A stretch of DNA of 64,000 nt from contig CAXIUT010000289.1 of assembly GCA_964035545.1 (NCBI GenBank), forward strand, positions 62,001-126,000, written 5' to 3'. Of the stretch, positions 50,201-61,890 are shown one piece after another (position 1 is the stretch's first letter; every line of letters starts with the position of its first letter). Source of the stretch: Bugula neritina (taxonomy: Eukaryota; Animalia; Bryozoa). Both the position numbers and the translations under genes were made by a program. The notes under the pieces were generated by a model. That model worked only from the letters and a program-made list of their open reading frames with translations, had not been told where the DNA came from and ran no database searches.

Positions 50201-52264
50201 TATATTTTTTAGTATTTAAAATAAAATTTAAATGTTGACACCTTATAGTGTTTTGATTGTACTAGAATAAATAAGTGCACAATACGTTAGTACAAAGTGT
50301 AGTGATTGTACACATTGTATGATAGTTATATTTAGCATTGGCAGTTCTAACAAGGCTTATTTAGATTATGCATGATAGCTCAGTCAACTGTATATAATAA
50401 GATGTAGGCTAACTTTTGAACTGGGTACTAAATATAGCACAACATAGTAGGTAGCATGATTATGTAATCGTAGGTATTTATTAGTTTTGATGCGCACAAG
50501 TGCCTCACTTGAACATGTGTTGTTTTACCTGCAGTAAAATGCTATTTCTTAATGAACATAATAATATTTTGAAATTCTTTTGCACTTTAAATATAACAAG
50601 AGAAATTTATCTAATCAGCTTCCCACAGACAAGGTATTGACCAGTAGGTAGGAGCCAGGTTACTCTGACACTGCTGTCTAGTTACTAAACATTCCTTAAG
50701 CTGCTAATAACTGTGTACTAGCTGTTACAGGTTATACAATCTGAAGGTACAAATTAAATTAATAGTGAGTGCCTAGACTTTAGATAAAGTAAATAAAAAG
50801 ACTCTCCGTCATGACTTCTATTGTCCAGTATTTCAGTTGAAATACAATATGGCGCCCTAATTTCTTAGCAACTAGAGTCTATGCCTGTTGGAAAAATAAT
50901 TGTGGTAAATATATGTAACTGAAAAATGGTTTTGCTTATTGTCCACAACACATATTTCCATTTATGAATCTATAATCTAAAAGTATACAAACTGGTTTTA
51001 TTTACATATATAATAACAGTTAATATGCTTTAAAAAATTTTACATCAATATAGAAACAAAAAGTAACATACCTAATGCTCACATGCAATTATTTAGGCAG
51101 TACAGTGTAAGTTATGTGAATCTTCATAGCTATAAGAGAAATAAACACAGCTAACTATCTTTCTTCACCACTTCAACTTCACTGACTCGTATCATAACAT
51201 TGATAGCAATAAACAGTCAAAAGCCTTCTGTTGCAGTTGTCTGCACCATTTTTTCAACGCAGGTGATGCGCATTCACATATCACTACAGATTTCTTTTAT
51301 AGCAGTGTGTATTAAGTTTTATAATATCTGGATTGTTAATCTATTGATACTTTAACAAAAGTTGTGCACACAAAAAAATGCTAGAAATCTATGTACATTG
51401 CAAGTCTTCAGGCTGCCAACTGTTTCCATTATGGAAAAAATAATTGCAGATGTCATAGCAAAAGCTTCCGAAGTTGAAACCGCACCAGTTATATTTTATT
51501 AACTGCATAATTATATAAGTAGTTAGGTTTTGCTCTACCCTATAATAATGTGGTAGTATACAGTAAAATCTGTCTAAATATATGGACTGTTGAGTGAGCC
51601 AATCACCGTTTAAAATAAATTTTTGTCTGTCAACTAAATAATCCAAACATCTTGCGTTGTTAACGAAAAATTATTTTGAGCAAATGCTATAAATACAGTG
51701 AGAGAGGTAACGTTAATTAATCATTCTTCACCCCTGAACAATCAAGATCTTTTAATTATAGTCCACCTATTAAATTTTATCAAATTAACTTTTTAGATAC
51801 CTAATACATAACAAAACTTCATATTATTTACTAGTTTTATATATGGCTTCATATTGTTATAATCCTTGCGATTTTGTTACTGTGATGGGTTTCATGTGCC
51901 TTCAACTACTGCATTTGTAATTATGCTATCGAGAAGAGACGAAGCTTGATGTACCGTATGAATAAGAATGTATATTTACAACAACATATAAAATATAAAA
52001 AGACTTACATTTAGTTATGGCAAGATACATAATATTTGATGTCAATACAGCAAGATATATATCATCTATCCACAGCTAGCCTAGTCGCTCTACTACTCGG
52101 CTCTACTACTCGTGTTCCTGTAAGGTCTCCGGGTAAATGTTTGTCACGTGCGTTCTCGGCAATTGATTGGAGGCTCGTATACTGGCCACATTGCCTCTCT
52201 GCATTACAAACGGGGTTGTAGAGCAAACGCCATGACTATACTTCTATTAGCCATTACAATATTA

Positions 52265-52540
52265 CATTATAGTATGGTGTATTACAGCGTATTAGAGTAT
52301 ATTACGCACGTATGTACTGTATTGTAAGTACTGCATTGTAGAGTGTTACAGCGTATTGCACATTATGGTCTATGACAGTGCATTACATAATATTTCAGCG
52401 TATGACAGTATATTACAGTGTATTGCAGTATTTTTTAGTTAATTACAACAAATTGCAAGCTATTACAGTGCATTACAGAGTATTAAAGCTTATTACAGTG
52501 TATTAAAGCATATTATAGTGTATTACAGTATATAATACAT
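52265..52540. repeat. Degenerate 10-11-nt tandem array (tattacagtg)
   Basis: Direct reading; a similar unit reappears just beyond the Gypsy insertion (~57580). Confidence 0.75.
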
Positions 52541-52742
52541 ATGCAATATTGGAGAATATTACTAGATGCCGCCAGGACTATTTAAAGCTACCTTGGGTGG
52601 TCCTAACGCTGACCAAAAGCTTCTCTCACTTGATAACACCCGATCTCAGAGAAAAGGCATGGCCAATGCATCTGCGGGTAATTTCAGGTGCCGGGTAATT
52701 TTAGGTGCCGGGACTGCTAAAAGTACAAGCAGTGCTGAGTAC

Positions 52743-55700
52743 TGTAACAATGTGGATTTCGTGTAAAGGGAGAGTAAAAGTTTATTCTGCACTGCTTGCA
52801 CTCGCTATAACAACTGACTGCTTTACAATCAAGCACATAATAATATTGCACTCAAAACCATGACTAATAAAATAAGTACATTAACTTTTCACACATAATT
52901 GGTAAAACAGATGTGGACACTTAGCCAGGATACAACAACCCTTTCTTTCTTGAAAAAGCTTTAATACTAGCATAATAAAAATTTATAACAATTCAACAAA
53001 CTTCAGGTAAACCAAAAACATAATAACATAAAATTAATACTGAAATAAACTAAGTAAAGCCAAATTACAGTGAACCTTGAAAAGCTATAGTTTACATAAA
53101 ATGCATAATATCAAACTAAAGCAACTAAACTAAGTACAGTGAGCAGTGTGAAATGAGCTGAGGGCAAACCTGCAATGAAGGACACACAGAGCCACCACCG
53201 AATCCCACAGCCACAACACACAGCCCCAGCAAGACACGCCAACCAACTACTAGCAAGTATCAGACTGGTCCAGATTACACAAGTCTCGAACCAACACAAA
53301 CACTAAGTAAACCAGTCAAGTCACCCTGTAAATTGCAATATGAACTCTACAAACTAATGAGACTAACAACTAATAAACTAATCTACCAAGCAATAAAGAA
53401 TTTAATGAGTCACTGTGACCCCATATCTATCAGGAGGTTTCCTGTTTCTCAAAGGCCTATCAGTAACAGCAATAGCCTGACTCGAAGTTGGAGTCAGTGG
53501 CTTGACATCCGACACATTTCTGCGTTTCTCAACACCTTCTTTAGACTGGACTACGACCTCTGACCCTTGTTTGCTAACAACCTGTTGAGACTCCGGATTA
53601 TATGTTGCACTGAGCTTGTCAGTTTTATTCTGACGAATCAAGACTTCATCTCCTACACTGACATCGGGTATATGAGCCTGATTACTTAAGTAACTCTTAC
53701 TCTTCTCCTGTGCAACTGCTTGGCGGTCTCGTACCTCTTCATCTAGTCTGTTTGACTTCTCTAAGCAAGGAAGCTTCGTTTGGAGTTTTCTCCCCAACAT
53801 GAGTTCTGCAGGAGAAACACCAGTAACAGAGTGTGGTGTTGAACGATAACTTAGCAGAAATTTTCTCAACTCAGTTTTATGGTCTTTGCCTGAAATGTGA
53901 GCTATCTTGAGTGCTTTCAATAGGCTCCTATTTTGTCTCTCCACTTCACCATTGGCAGCCGGCCACATTGGTGTGGTGGACATCCAGAATACACCATACT
54001 CATTTAGAAATTCCTGAAATGATTGACTAACAAACTGTGGTCCATTGTCAGTTCTAATACTTGATGGAACTCCCCATCTACAGAACATAGCTTCAATAGC
54101 TTCAACTATTTTTGTAGCAACTGTTGACCTCAGAAATGCTACCTCAAAATAACGACTGTAATAGTCAACCACTACGAGAATACTCTCTCCATTGGGTAAT
54201 GGACCCAGTAAATCACAAGCAATGTGTTCCCATGGCTTGTCTGGCATTTTTGTACTGGACATGGGTGGTGGTCTGCTCGGTGCACTGACAAGCTGGCACT
54301 CATAGCAACCTTTACAAAACCTCTCTACGTCCTGATCCATGCCTGGCCACCACAATTTTGTACGCAACAACTGTTTTGTCTTACTTGTACCCTGGTGACC
54401 CTCATGAGCCAACTCCACTGCTACTGACCTTAATGACACAGGCATTACAATCCTATTGCCCCTCATGACTACTCCTTCAACTTCAGCTAGTTCAGTCATG
54501 ACAGCTTTATATGCAGGAAGGCAGTTTGACCATAGGCCACTGATTAGTGACTTTCTAACCTGGCCCATCTCCAAACATTTAGCAGCAGCCTTTTTAATTT
54601 CATTAAAACTCATTGCCTTGGGCACTGACAGTTTAGCTATCATCATTACATACTCATCAGCAACATTATTCACATTATAAGGGGTATGCTCATCAACTGA
54701 CAAACGAGACAGTGGGTCAGCTATGTTCATTGACCCCGGCTTGTAGACCACCTCATAGTCAAATGCTTGTAGCCTAAGCACCCAGCGTTCAATCCTAGCT
54801 GATGGTTTTGAGTTTACACGATTGAAAATAAATTCCAACGGTTTATGATCAGTCACTAACCTAAACTTAGTTCTAATCAAGTATATGGCAAAGTGTTCAC
54901 AGCCCCATACTATAGCTAAAGCTTCCCTCTCAGTCTGAGAGTATCTGCGCTCCACGGCTGACAAACTGCGATGCCCATATGCAACAACTCTCTCACAACC
55001 ACCAACACGTTGACTTAGAACAGCACCTAAACCATACGGACTAGCATCAACTGTAACAGTTGTCTCAGCATTTGGGTTGAAATAAGCTAGTGTTTTGCTC
55101 TGAGCCATCATAGATTTGATTTTATCAAAGGCAGCTTGCTGCTCACTAGACCACTGAAACTTACTTGCTTTCTTTACTAACCTCAGCAGAGGCTCAGCAT
55201 GTGTAGATAAATTAGGAATGAATTTACCCACAAAGTTCACAAGACCTAGGAAACTACAAAGCTCTGTAACATCCTTTGGGACCCTAGCTTGTACAATTGC
55301 TTTGACTTTCTTGTCACTTACTGATATACCTTTGTCTGAAATATCATAGCCTACATAAGTGATCTTGCTACAGCCAAATTTGCACTTTTCAGCATTTAAT
55401 GTCAACCCTAGTTTACTCATGCGCTTGAGAAATGCTCTAAGCCTAGCATCGTGCTCTTGTTTGTTACTGCCATATATAACAATATCATCAGCATAATTTT
55501 GGCAACCCTCCAAATCTGCTATAGATCTCTGTATGTGATACTGATAAACTTCACTAGCAGATGCTACCCCAAAATTAAGCTTCTTATATCTGAATACCCC
55601 AAATGGTGTGGCAAATGTTGTAATAGCCCTAGAGGCTTCATCAAGTTCTAACTGATGGTAACCAAGTTTTAAATCTGCTTTGCTAAAAACTTTAGCACCA

Positions 55701-57557
55701 TTGAGATTGTACATCAGCTCTTTGACTGTAGGAATTGGATGCCTTTCCCTAATTATTGCTTTATTAGCTTGTCTCATGTCTACACATAAACGTGTATCAT
55801 TACCATCCTTAGGCACAGTGACAATAGGACTAACCCAAGGTGTAGGACCCTCAACTCGCTCAATAATATCGGCAGCAAGCAATTCATCAATTTTAGCCTT
55901 AGCTTTATTCCTATGACCAAATGGCATGCGTCTTACTGGTTGAGCAACTGGCTTGACATTAGGATCTATGTGTAAAGAGACCTGCAAATCCTTCAACAAA
56001 CCAACACCCGCAAAGCACTCAGGAAACATATCCAACCACGACTGCCCATCACCGCTAGCAAGATCCGATGAAGCAAAGTGAACCCCCTCACCTACAGGAC
56101 CAACCCTCAGCACACCCAACTGCTCAGATGTACTTTTACATAACAATGTAGTAGCAGTACCATTAAATATGTAAAACTTAGCATGCACACATTTACCAGT
56201 AGAAGGCACAAAAACATTTACATCAGTTTCACCTATCAAGTCTAAGCATGCAGATTTGTTACCATAAGCAAATAATTGTTTGGTTGTTGGTTTTACTACA
56301 CAACCTACTAATTTAGCAGTATTTCTATCTAATAAATTGCTAGAAGCTCCTGAGTCAATTAGTACAGATAAATTGGTATTGTTCACCTGAACTGAGAGCT
56401 TAGCTGACCTTGCTGCATTGATGTTGAACATCTCACCTCCAGTATTGTCACTAACAGTAAACAAGGCTTCAATATCATCCTCAGTATCAGCAGTATACTT
56501 CTTAGCACTATTATCCATAGAGTTTATCTGTCCCTTAGCTCCTCTGCAAAACTTGGCCCCGGCAAAATGTCCTTTCTTGCCACATGATCTACACATCTTT
56601 GTGCGAGCTGGGCATTCCTCTGAAGAGGCTACATGCCTTGTAGATTTGCACCTGAAACAGCTCTTTTCCTTTGACGTATAATGTGTGTCTTTCTTGTGTG
56701 GTTTACTTCTGCCATTCCTCACATTATTTACAGCAGCTCCAGAGCTATGAATGTCCGCACTTTGCATACTGACAGCTTCCTCCGTTTGAGAAATAGAAAT
56801 TACATGAGCCAGTGTCAATTCTGAGCCTCTCTCTAGTAATTTCCTACGTAGATGACTAGACTTACATTTTTCAATTACCTGATCTCTAATTACATTGTCC
56901 ACATCGTCATATTCGCAGGTAATAGCAAGCTGTCGTAGTCTTGTGATGTAGTTTGTGATTGTCTCCCCACTTGTCAGCTCTGTTCTACGAAAAACTGACC
57001 TTTCATAGGGAATGTTCGTCTTGGGTGTAAAGTGAGTATCTAGTGCTGCCATAGCCCTGGCATATTCATTAGCACCCTCTCCAGCTGGCAGTACTTCAAA
57101 TATGTCTTGCACTTCTTCGCCAGCCATGTTTAATAGCAGTGCCTTTTTCTGAGCAGCATTTGTAACCCCTCTCCCTACAACAAAGTACTCAAACGCCCTC
57201 TTCCACTTCTTCCACCTCGATCCAACAGTCAGGGGATCTGTAGACACAGAAAAAGTCCTCACGTTGCTTGTACTAGTGTCCAGAGAGACAGCCATGGTTA
57301 GAAATTGCCCAGAGTAGTAATATTCCAGTTGTAAGTAATATAGTTTATATTCTCGTCGCCATTGTAACAATGTGGATTTCGTGTAAAGGGAGAGTAAAAG
57401 TTTATTCTGCACTGCTTGCACTCGCTATAACAACTGACTGCTTTACAATCAAGCACATAATAATATTGCACTCAAAACCATGACTAATAAAATAAGTACA
57501 TTAACCTTTCACACATAATTGGTAAAACAGATGTGGACACTTAGCCAGGATACAACA
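52743..57557 (-). mobile_element. Full-length Gypsy/Ty3 LTR retrotransposon (Mag-like), 4815 bp
   Basis: 195-bp LTRs 52743-52937 and 57363-57557 (TG...CA, one mismatch), 5-bp TSD AGTAC, PBS TGGCGACGAG (tRNA-Ser type) at ~57352-57361, PPT AAGAAAGAAAGGG at ~52939-52951. Confidence 0.97.
53402..57295 (-). CDS. Single-frame Gag-Pol polyprotein, ~1297 aa
   Basis: First ATG after the PBS (MAVSLDTS...); two CCHC knuckles, protease LIDSGA, RT YADD, RNase H VDAS...EREALA, integrase HHCC and D,D,E. No stops or frameshifts. Confidence 0.96.
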   Translation of the reverse strand: MAVSLDTSTSNVRTFSVSTDPLTVGSRWKKWKRAFEYFVVGRGVTNAAQKKALLLNMAGEEVQDIFEVLPAGEGANEYARAMAALDTHFTPKTNIPYERSVFRRTELTSGETITNYITRLRQLAITCEYDDVDNVIRDQVIEKCKSSHLRRKLLERGSELTLAHVISISQTEEAVSMQSADIHSSGAAVNNVRNGRSKPHKKDTHYTSKEKSCFRCKSTRHVASSEECPARTKMCRSCGKKGHFAGAKFCRGAKGQINSMDNSAKKYTADTEDDIEALFTVSDNTGGEMFNINAARSAKLSVQVNNTNLSVLIDSGASSNLLDRNTAKLVGCVVKPTTKQLFAYGNKSACLDLIGETDVNVFVPSTGKCVHAKFYIFNGTATTLLCKSTSEQLGVLRVGPVGEGVHFASSDLASGDGQSWLDMFPECFAGVGLLKDLQVSLHIDPNVKPVAQPVRRMPFGHRNKAKAKIDELLAADIIERVEGPTPWVSPIVTVPKDGNDTRLCVDMRQANKAIIRERHPIPTVKELMYNLNGAKVFSKADLKLGYHQLELDEASRAITTFATPFGVFRYKKLNFGVASASEVYQYHIQRSIADLEGCQNYADDIVIYGSNKQEHDARLRAFLKRMSKLGLTLNAEKCKFGCSKITYVGYDISDKGISVSDKKVKAIVQARVPKDVTELCSFLGLVNFVGKFIPNLSTHAEPLLRLVKKASKFQWSSEQQAAFDKIKSMMAQSKTLAYFNPNAETTVTVDASPYGLGAVLSQRVGGCERVVAYGHRSLSAVERRYSQTEREALAIVWGCEHFAIYLIRTKFRLVTDHKPLEFIFNRVNSKPSARIERWVLRLQAFDYEVVYKPGSMNIADPLSRLSVDEHTPYNVNNVADEYVMMIAKLSVPKAMSFNEIKKAAAKCLEMGQVRKSLISGLWSNCLPAYKAVMTELAEVEGVVMRGNRIVMPVSLRSVAVELAHEGHQGTSKTKQLLRTKLWWPGMDQDVERFCKGCYECQLVSAPSRPPPMSSTKMPDKPWEHIACDLLGPLPNGESILVVVDYYSRYFEVAFLRSTVATKIVEAIEAMFCRWGVPSSIRTDNGPQFVSQSFQEFLNEYGVFWMSTTPMWPAANGEVERQNRSLLKALKIAHISGKDHKTELRKFLLSYRSTPHSVTGVSPAELMLGRKLQTKLPCLEKSNRLDEEVRDRQAVAQEKSKSYLSNQAHIPDVSVGDEVLIRQNKTDKLSATYNPESQQVVSKQGSEVVVQSKEGVEKRRNVSDVKPLTPTSSQAIAVTDRPLRNRKPPDRYGVTVTH

Positions 57558-60368
57558 AGTACAATTGCCAATCGGAAAGTATTACAGCTTATTAAATTGT
57601 CTTATTTTTCAACCATTCCAATCAAGTAGATGATCCTTGAATCAATACACCTCACAGGTGAAACTACTCATAGTTTGTTTGAAACGTGTTTACAGAGTTG
57701 AATTGAACATGAGGCTGGTCACTGGGAGAAGACACATTTGTATTATTCAAATTTATTTAGGAGAGTTAGGCATGGCCAATGCTACCAATATAGTTAAGAT
57801 AGAAACACTTCATTGTCTAGTCAACATATTCACACAAAGAAAGACTAGACATGGGTTGAAGAGTTGATAGAAATTATCCTTAACTGCATTCTATTTACTT
57901 TCTTAATCTGTACTTCTTTAGTTACATTTAAGCCGGATATTTGTTCAGTTTAATTTTACATCAGTCGAAAAATAAACTAAGTGTTTTGCCGCCACTGTAT
58001 GCTAATATATAGTACATGATTATTGTATAGAAGAAAAAGCTGGCAGTACAATACACAATAACCTTATTTGTTACCTTATTTGTACTAAATATTATAGATC
58101 ATCTAAGATATAGGCCTACTTCTTTCTTAAGTAACTCAGTAGTGAAAGCATCCTCTTTCTCCAAAGAGAGTTTCAACTTTGTACATGAGAGAGGAGTTAA
58201 AGTGGTGCATAATTATCTTCTGTTCTCACAACCTTGAAATCTTGAACTTGTTCTCCCTGTATTTGTAAGTATAATAATATGTCCTGCAAAAAGCTTTTAA
58301 AAATGTTCTTTTACAGTACAATTTTGATAATAAACATAGCAGTGACTCTTTGAAAATATTTTTAAATCGGAAATTGGTAAATCATCATATTAAAATTAAA
58401 AATATATTTCAAAATATTCTTTTCTTCACTCTGTATATTGATAATTAGGAAGTAGTTTGAGGTAACATTTTTAGCTCCAACTTTGACAATGTTGCAGTAT
58501 ATATAAACAGTTTAAAAAAAAACTTTAACAAATTTAGCTTCACCTCAGTAAAATATGTTTTTTCTTTAATTAAATTATTGTAGCCATAGTAGATTAATTA
58601 TGCATTCTAATTAATTATTGGCAAAATTCCTAGTAAAGTAATGATATTACCATAAACAGCTAAATATAATCATTTAACATTAATTAAAAATAGACAATGC
58701 AAGAGATGCTTTAAAACCCAAGCAGCAGCAGCAAGCTGGTATAAGAAAGCTTTGAAAAGTTGCTTTTTTGTAATTCACCTTCAAACAAGTTATATATATA
58801 TAAAGTGGGTCTTCTCATATGACATCAGAACATACACGGTATCGTTGATCATAACCAACCCTTTTCCAAAGGGCTGTTTGAAGGCTCTCAACAATGGCAG
58901 ATGATTCATGATCACACCACTGCCTTGCTTTACCGTATTCATTGCTGTAGTTAAGCTTTCCTTATCTTTTTCTCTGTTTGTTTTCCCACATGTAATTCTA
59001 CACTATTCTGAAAACATTTGCAGAGACTAGAATAGTCAATAATTGTACACTGTTGACTTACAATTTTATTTGTTCTACTAGGACTGAATGTATGTTTGGA
59101 TTTATATTTTGATGGCAGGAAAAATTTAATTGAGAAAAATATCAGCTTAAATGTAAAAATTGGTGTGCCTTATTATAATAAACATGGTGAAAAAAATTTG
59201 TAGAGCAAGTTGTACCTGGTTCAACTCGCCCCACTTCGAATGTGGCTCAACTAACCGTTAACTGTCACCTACAAATTATTTTCAACATAGTTGTTATAAG
59301 TGAGATATCTCTGCAACTTATGGTTAATACCCAGCTTTGAAAGCATATTGAGAATACATGCCTGAATTTTCTTGACTGAGCTCTTACAAGCATATGCAAC
59401 GTTTAATGAAAAAATATATTTTTAGTTTATTTTGCATAAAAAAACAAAAAAAGACTTGCTCAACTGGAAACTTTTGCTTTGGTTTCCTATATTTCCATAT
59501 GTTTACTGGTTCACCTAAAGGGTCCTTAAATAAAGGAGACTATATAAATTATATAATGATTTAAAGGGACAATTGAGTTGTGGTTCAATAGCTTTGTAGT
59601 TTACCTAGCCTAACTCTCCCCTATACGTGTATTACAAAAAAACTCCCTTAACATCAAGCTCTACTAAATTAGCCACCAGTAGGCCTAAAGCGAAAAGTAG
59701 CAGGTTTCGCCCTAAATCACACAGTTTGAATACAACTTTACAGTGAATAGCTATAGTTGGTTGGAATATTCATGATGATTTTAGCAGTGTACATGCATGT
59801 AGTAAATAAAGTTGATATTATAAACAAATAACTATTTTCTCTATAATTGTTGGAATTATATACGGAAAACTAAAACATTTGCATGTCTGTAGAATTATAT
59901 AAACATACTGTTATAATTTTGTCAATTATAATATTTAGGGTGGATTCTGGGTGTGCAACTATGCTCTTGTTTAGTTAATAGTTACAAGGATTACTCAGAA
60001 GATAACATGATAAAAGAACTATATTTAATTATACATAAATACAAAATAAAACAAAGATATACATCCAGTGTCCGCAATACATTTACAGTCTATTCCAATC
60101 TACTATCTCCATCAATGCACTACGCCTAACTAACTATTGTAATGAATTTGCATCCTCTATTTGTTCTGAAGTAACTGGTGCGTCAGTATTATAATTACTT
60201 AGTGCATATCTTTTTCAATGCTGTTAGGCTATTACAACTAAGTGAGGTAGCTTTCTAATGCCCAAGTATTGTAATTGTTGTTAAAGCTTTCAGCATAATG
60301 TAATTGCACTGAATACGAATTCTGAAGTTATGTAATATTTTTTTACTAATGTTGCTTTTCTTTTACTA

Positions 60369-60600
60369 AGGTTGCCCGAGATTAGCATTTCGGACTACCG
60401 AAATGCCGAGATGCCGAATGCCAAATATCGGCATTTCGGACTTCGGAAGTGCTGAATATCGGCATTTTCGGCCTCCGATCTCGGCAACAGAGGAATCTTT
60501 CTTTGTTCTCTGTATATAAAAGCCAGCGAGTTTCAGTGTAGTTCAGTCTACTACTGGAGCTCGCTGGAAGAAGACCTACTATTATCTACTCAATAAAGAT
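60369..60600 (+). mobile_element. Palindromic GC-rich repeat followed by a TATA / R-like segment (MITE or LTR fragment)
   Basis: GTTGCC...GGCAAC ends, internal catttcgga/ccgaaatg inversions, TATATAAAA at 60514, AATAAA at 60592; the TATA segment recurs inverted at ~45330-45385. Confidence 0.5.
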
Positions 60601-61257
60601 TGCTATCAACTCCACTACCTTCAACATCTTGTTCTCTTTTACAAAGAGCATGTTCAAGCATTAGTTGCATTCAAACCCACAATTCTATCACACTATCTCA
60701 TCCTCCTGAAACATTCTGCTCCGCAGTGGGTAGTCACGTGCTTCGACATTATTGGCTATTATGAACGTGTACGATCTGTACGCTTCATTAGCCACTACAA
60801 CACTACATCTAAGCTTAGCAAGCAACCAACTATTGAGGCAGCCTTCTATTTCAAAAACATTGAGCTACCATATTGTTGCAAATTTTACAAAATATTGTAC
60901 AAACCCATCATATAGTTATATACAATATTATCTAGTTAAGTAATGGTGGTTAAATCAAATTCAAAAAGCTAGTTTATTTTACAGCTTTTAGTCATCACTA
61001 TAAAACGTTAGTTCTCTAAGGTTTTCAAGATATTATCTTTTATTGCGAATCGAATGTTACTAGAAAGTCAGTTTTAGCCATTGACTGCATGAGGCAGCAG
61101 TGTTAGAAATAATAGCTGTAACTGTCTTTTTTATATACCATTGTTTGAATGTATGATATTATACCCTCATTTCCCAAGTGTAAGAAAATTTAACCATATC
61201 TCTTGGATCATTATAATATTTACTGGCTGCTGAGATATTGTAGACAATGTCATGTTT

Positions 61258-61301
61258 AATGGTATGGTTTTTCTATAGTCCTATAGAAAAACCATACCAT
61301 T
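61258..61301. repeat. Perfect 21-bp-arm palindrome with a 2-nt loop
   Basis: aatggtatggtttttctatag-tc-ctatagaaaaaccataccatt. Confidence 0.95.
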
Positions 61302-61599
61302 CTATAGTCTTTATCATGGTCCAGTGTATTGTTGTACTAAAACATTTTAATGTTATTTATATATAAAATGTGCCGTTACTAGTGTGATAGTTTTGTGGTT
61401 GCACTCTATATTATACTACTATATTTAACATATAGCCCAATAAACATAACTAGATATATGCTGATCTTGTCAATGCTGCAGTAACTAGTTTGCATGGTCA
61501 TTTGATTTTAGGATATAGACCACTACCAGAAAGCAATTTAACTAGTAGACTATGTTGATAAAACAATGATATTTTACTTTACCACGTTACGGATGTTAT

Positions 61600-61890
61600 T
61601 GTACAGAGACCGGTAGAGGAGGCTGAAGAGCTGACAAACCAGTCCCAGTCAGCTCCCCCACCTGTGGAACCGGCTGGCATACCTGCAATTCCAAGTGTGG
61701 TAGAAATTCCTCAGAATAATGAAGATGATAGAGCTGTCAAGGACCTGCCTGTACTGGTGGACCCCTCCGTACTTGAGACACCACCCATAGTAGTAGTTAC
61801 ACTAAGTACAACAGTGTCCTCAGTAATATTAGAACGTAGCCAATGTACTAGGGGTTTTCCAACTTAATTGAAAGATTTTTATAGCAGCTT
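61600..61890 (+). mobile_element. Probable decayed 3' tail of an LTR-retrotransposon pol ORF
   Basis: Pro/Glu-rich tract ending ERSQCTRGFPT*LKDFY, like the RRSxRxRxxPxxLKDF tail of Gypsy integrases; an LTR-like TATA/AATAAA segment lies at ~63540-63690. Confidence 0.4.

Noticed and set aside
51917-52258. Possible solo LTR (TGTAAT...ATTACA)
   Set aside because: No TSD and no second copy in the window.
53111-53299. Hydrophobic Cys-rich ORF after pol as an env-like gene
   Set aside because: Only 62 codons, non-ATG start, explained by GT-rich 3' UTR composition.
57296-57421. N-terminal 42 aa of the 1339-aa ORF
   Set aside because: Begins at a non-ATG codon inside the LTR and crosses the PBS; the ATG at 57295 is the plausible start.
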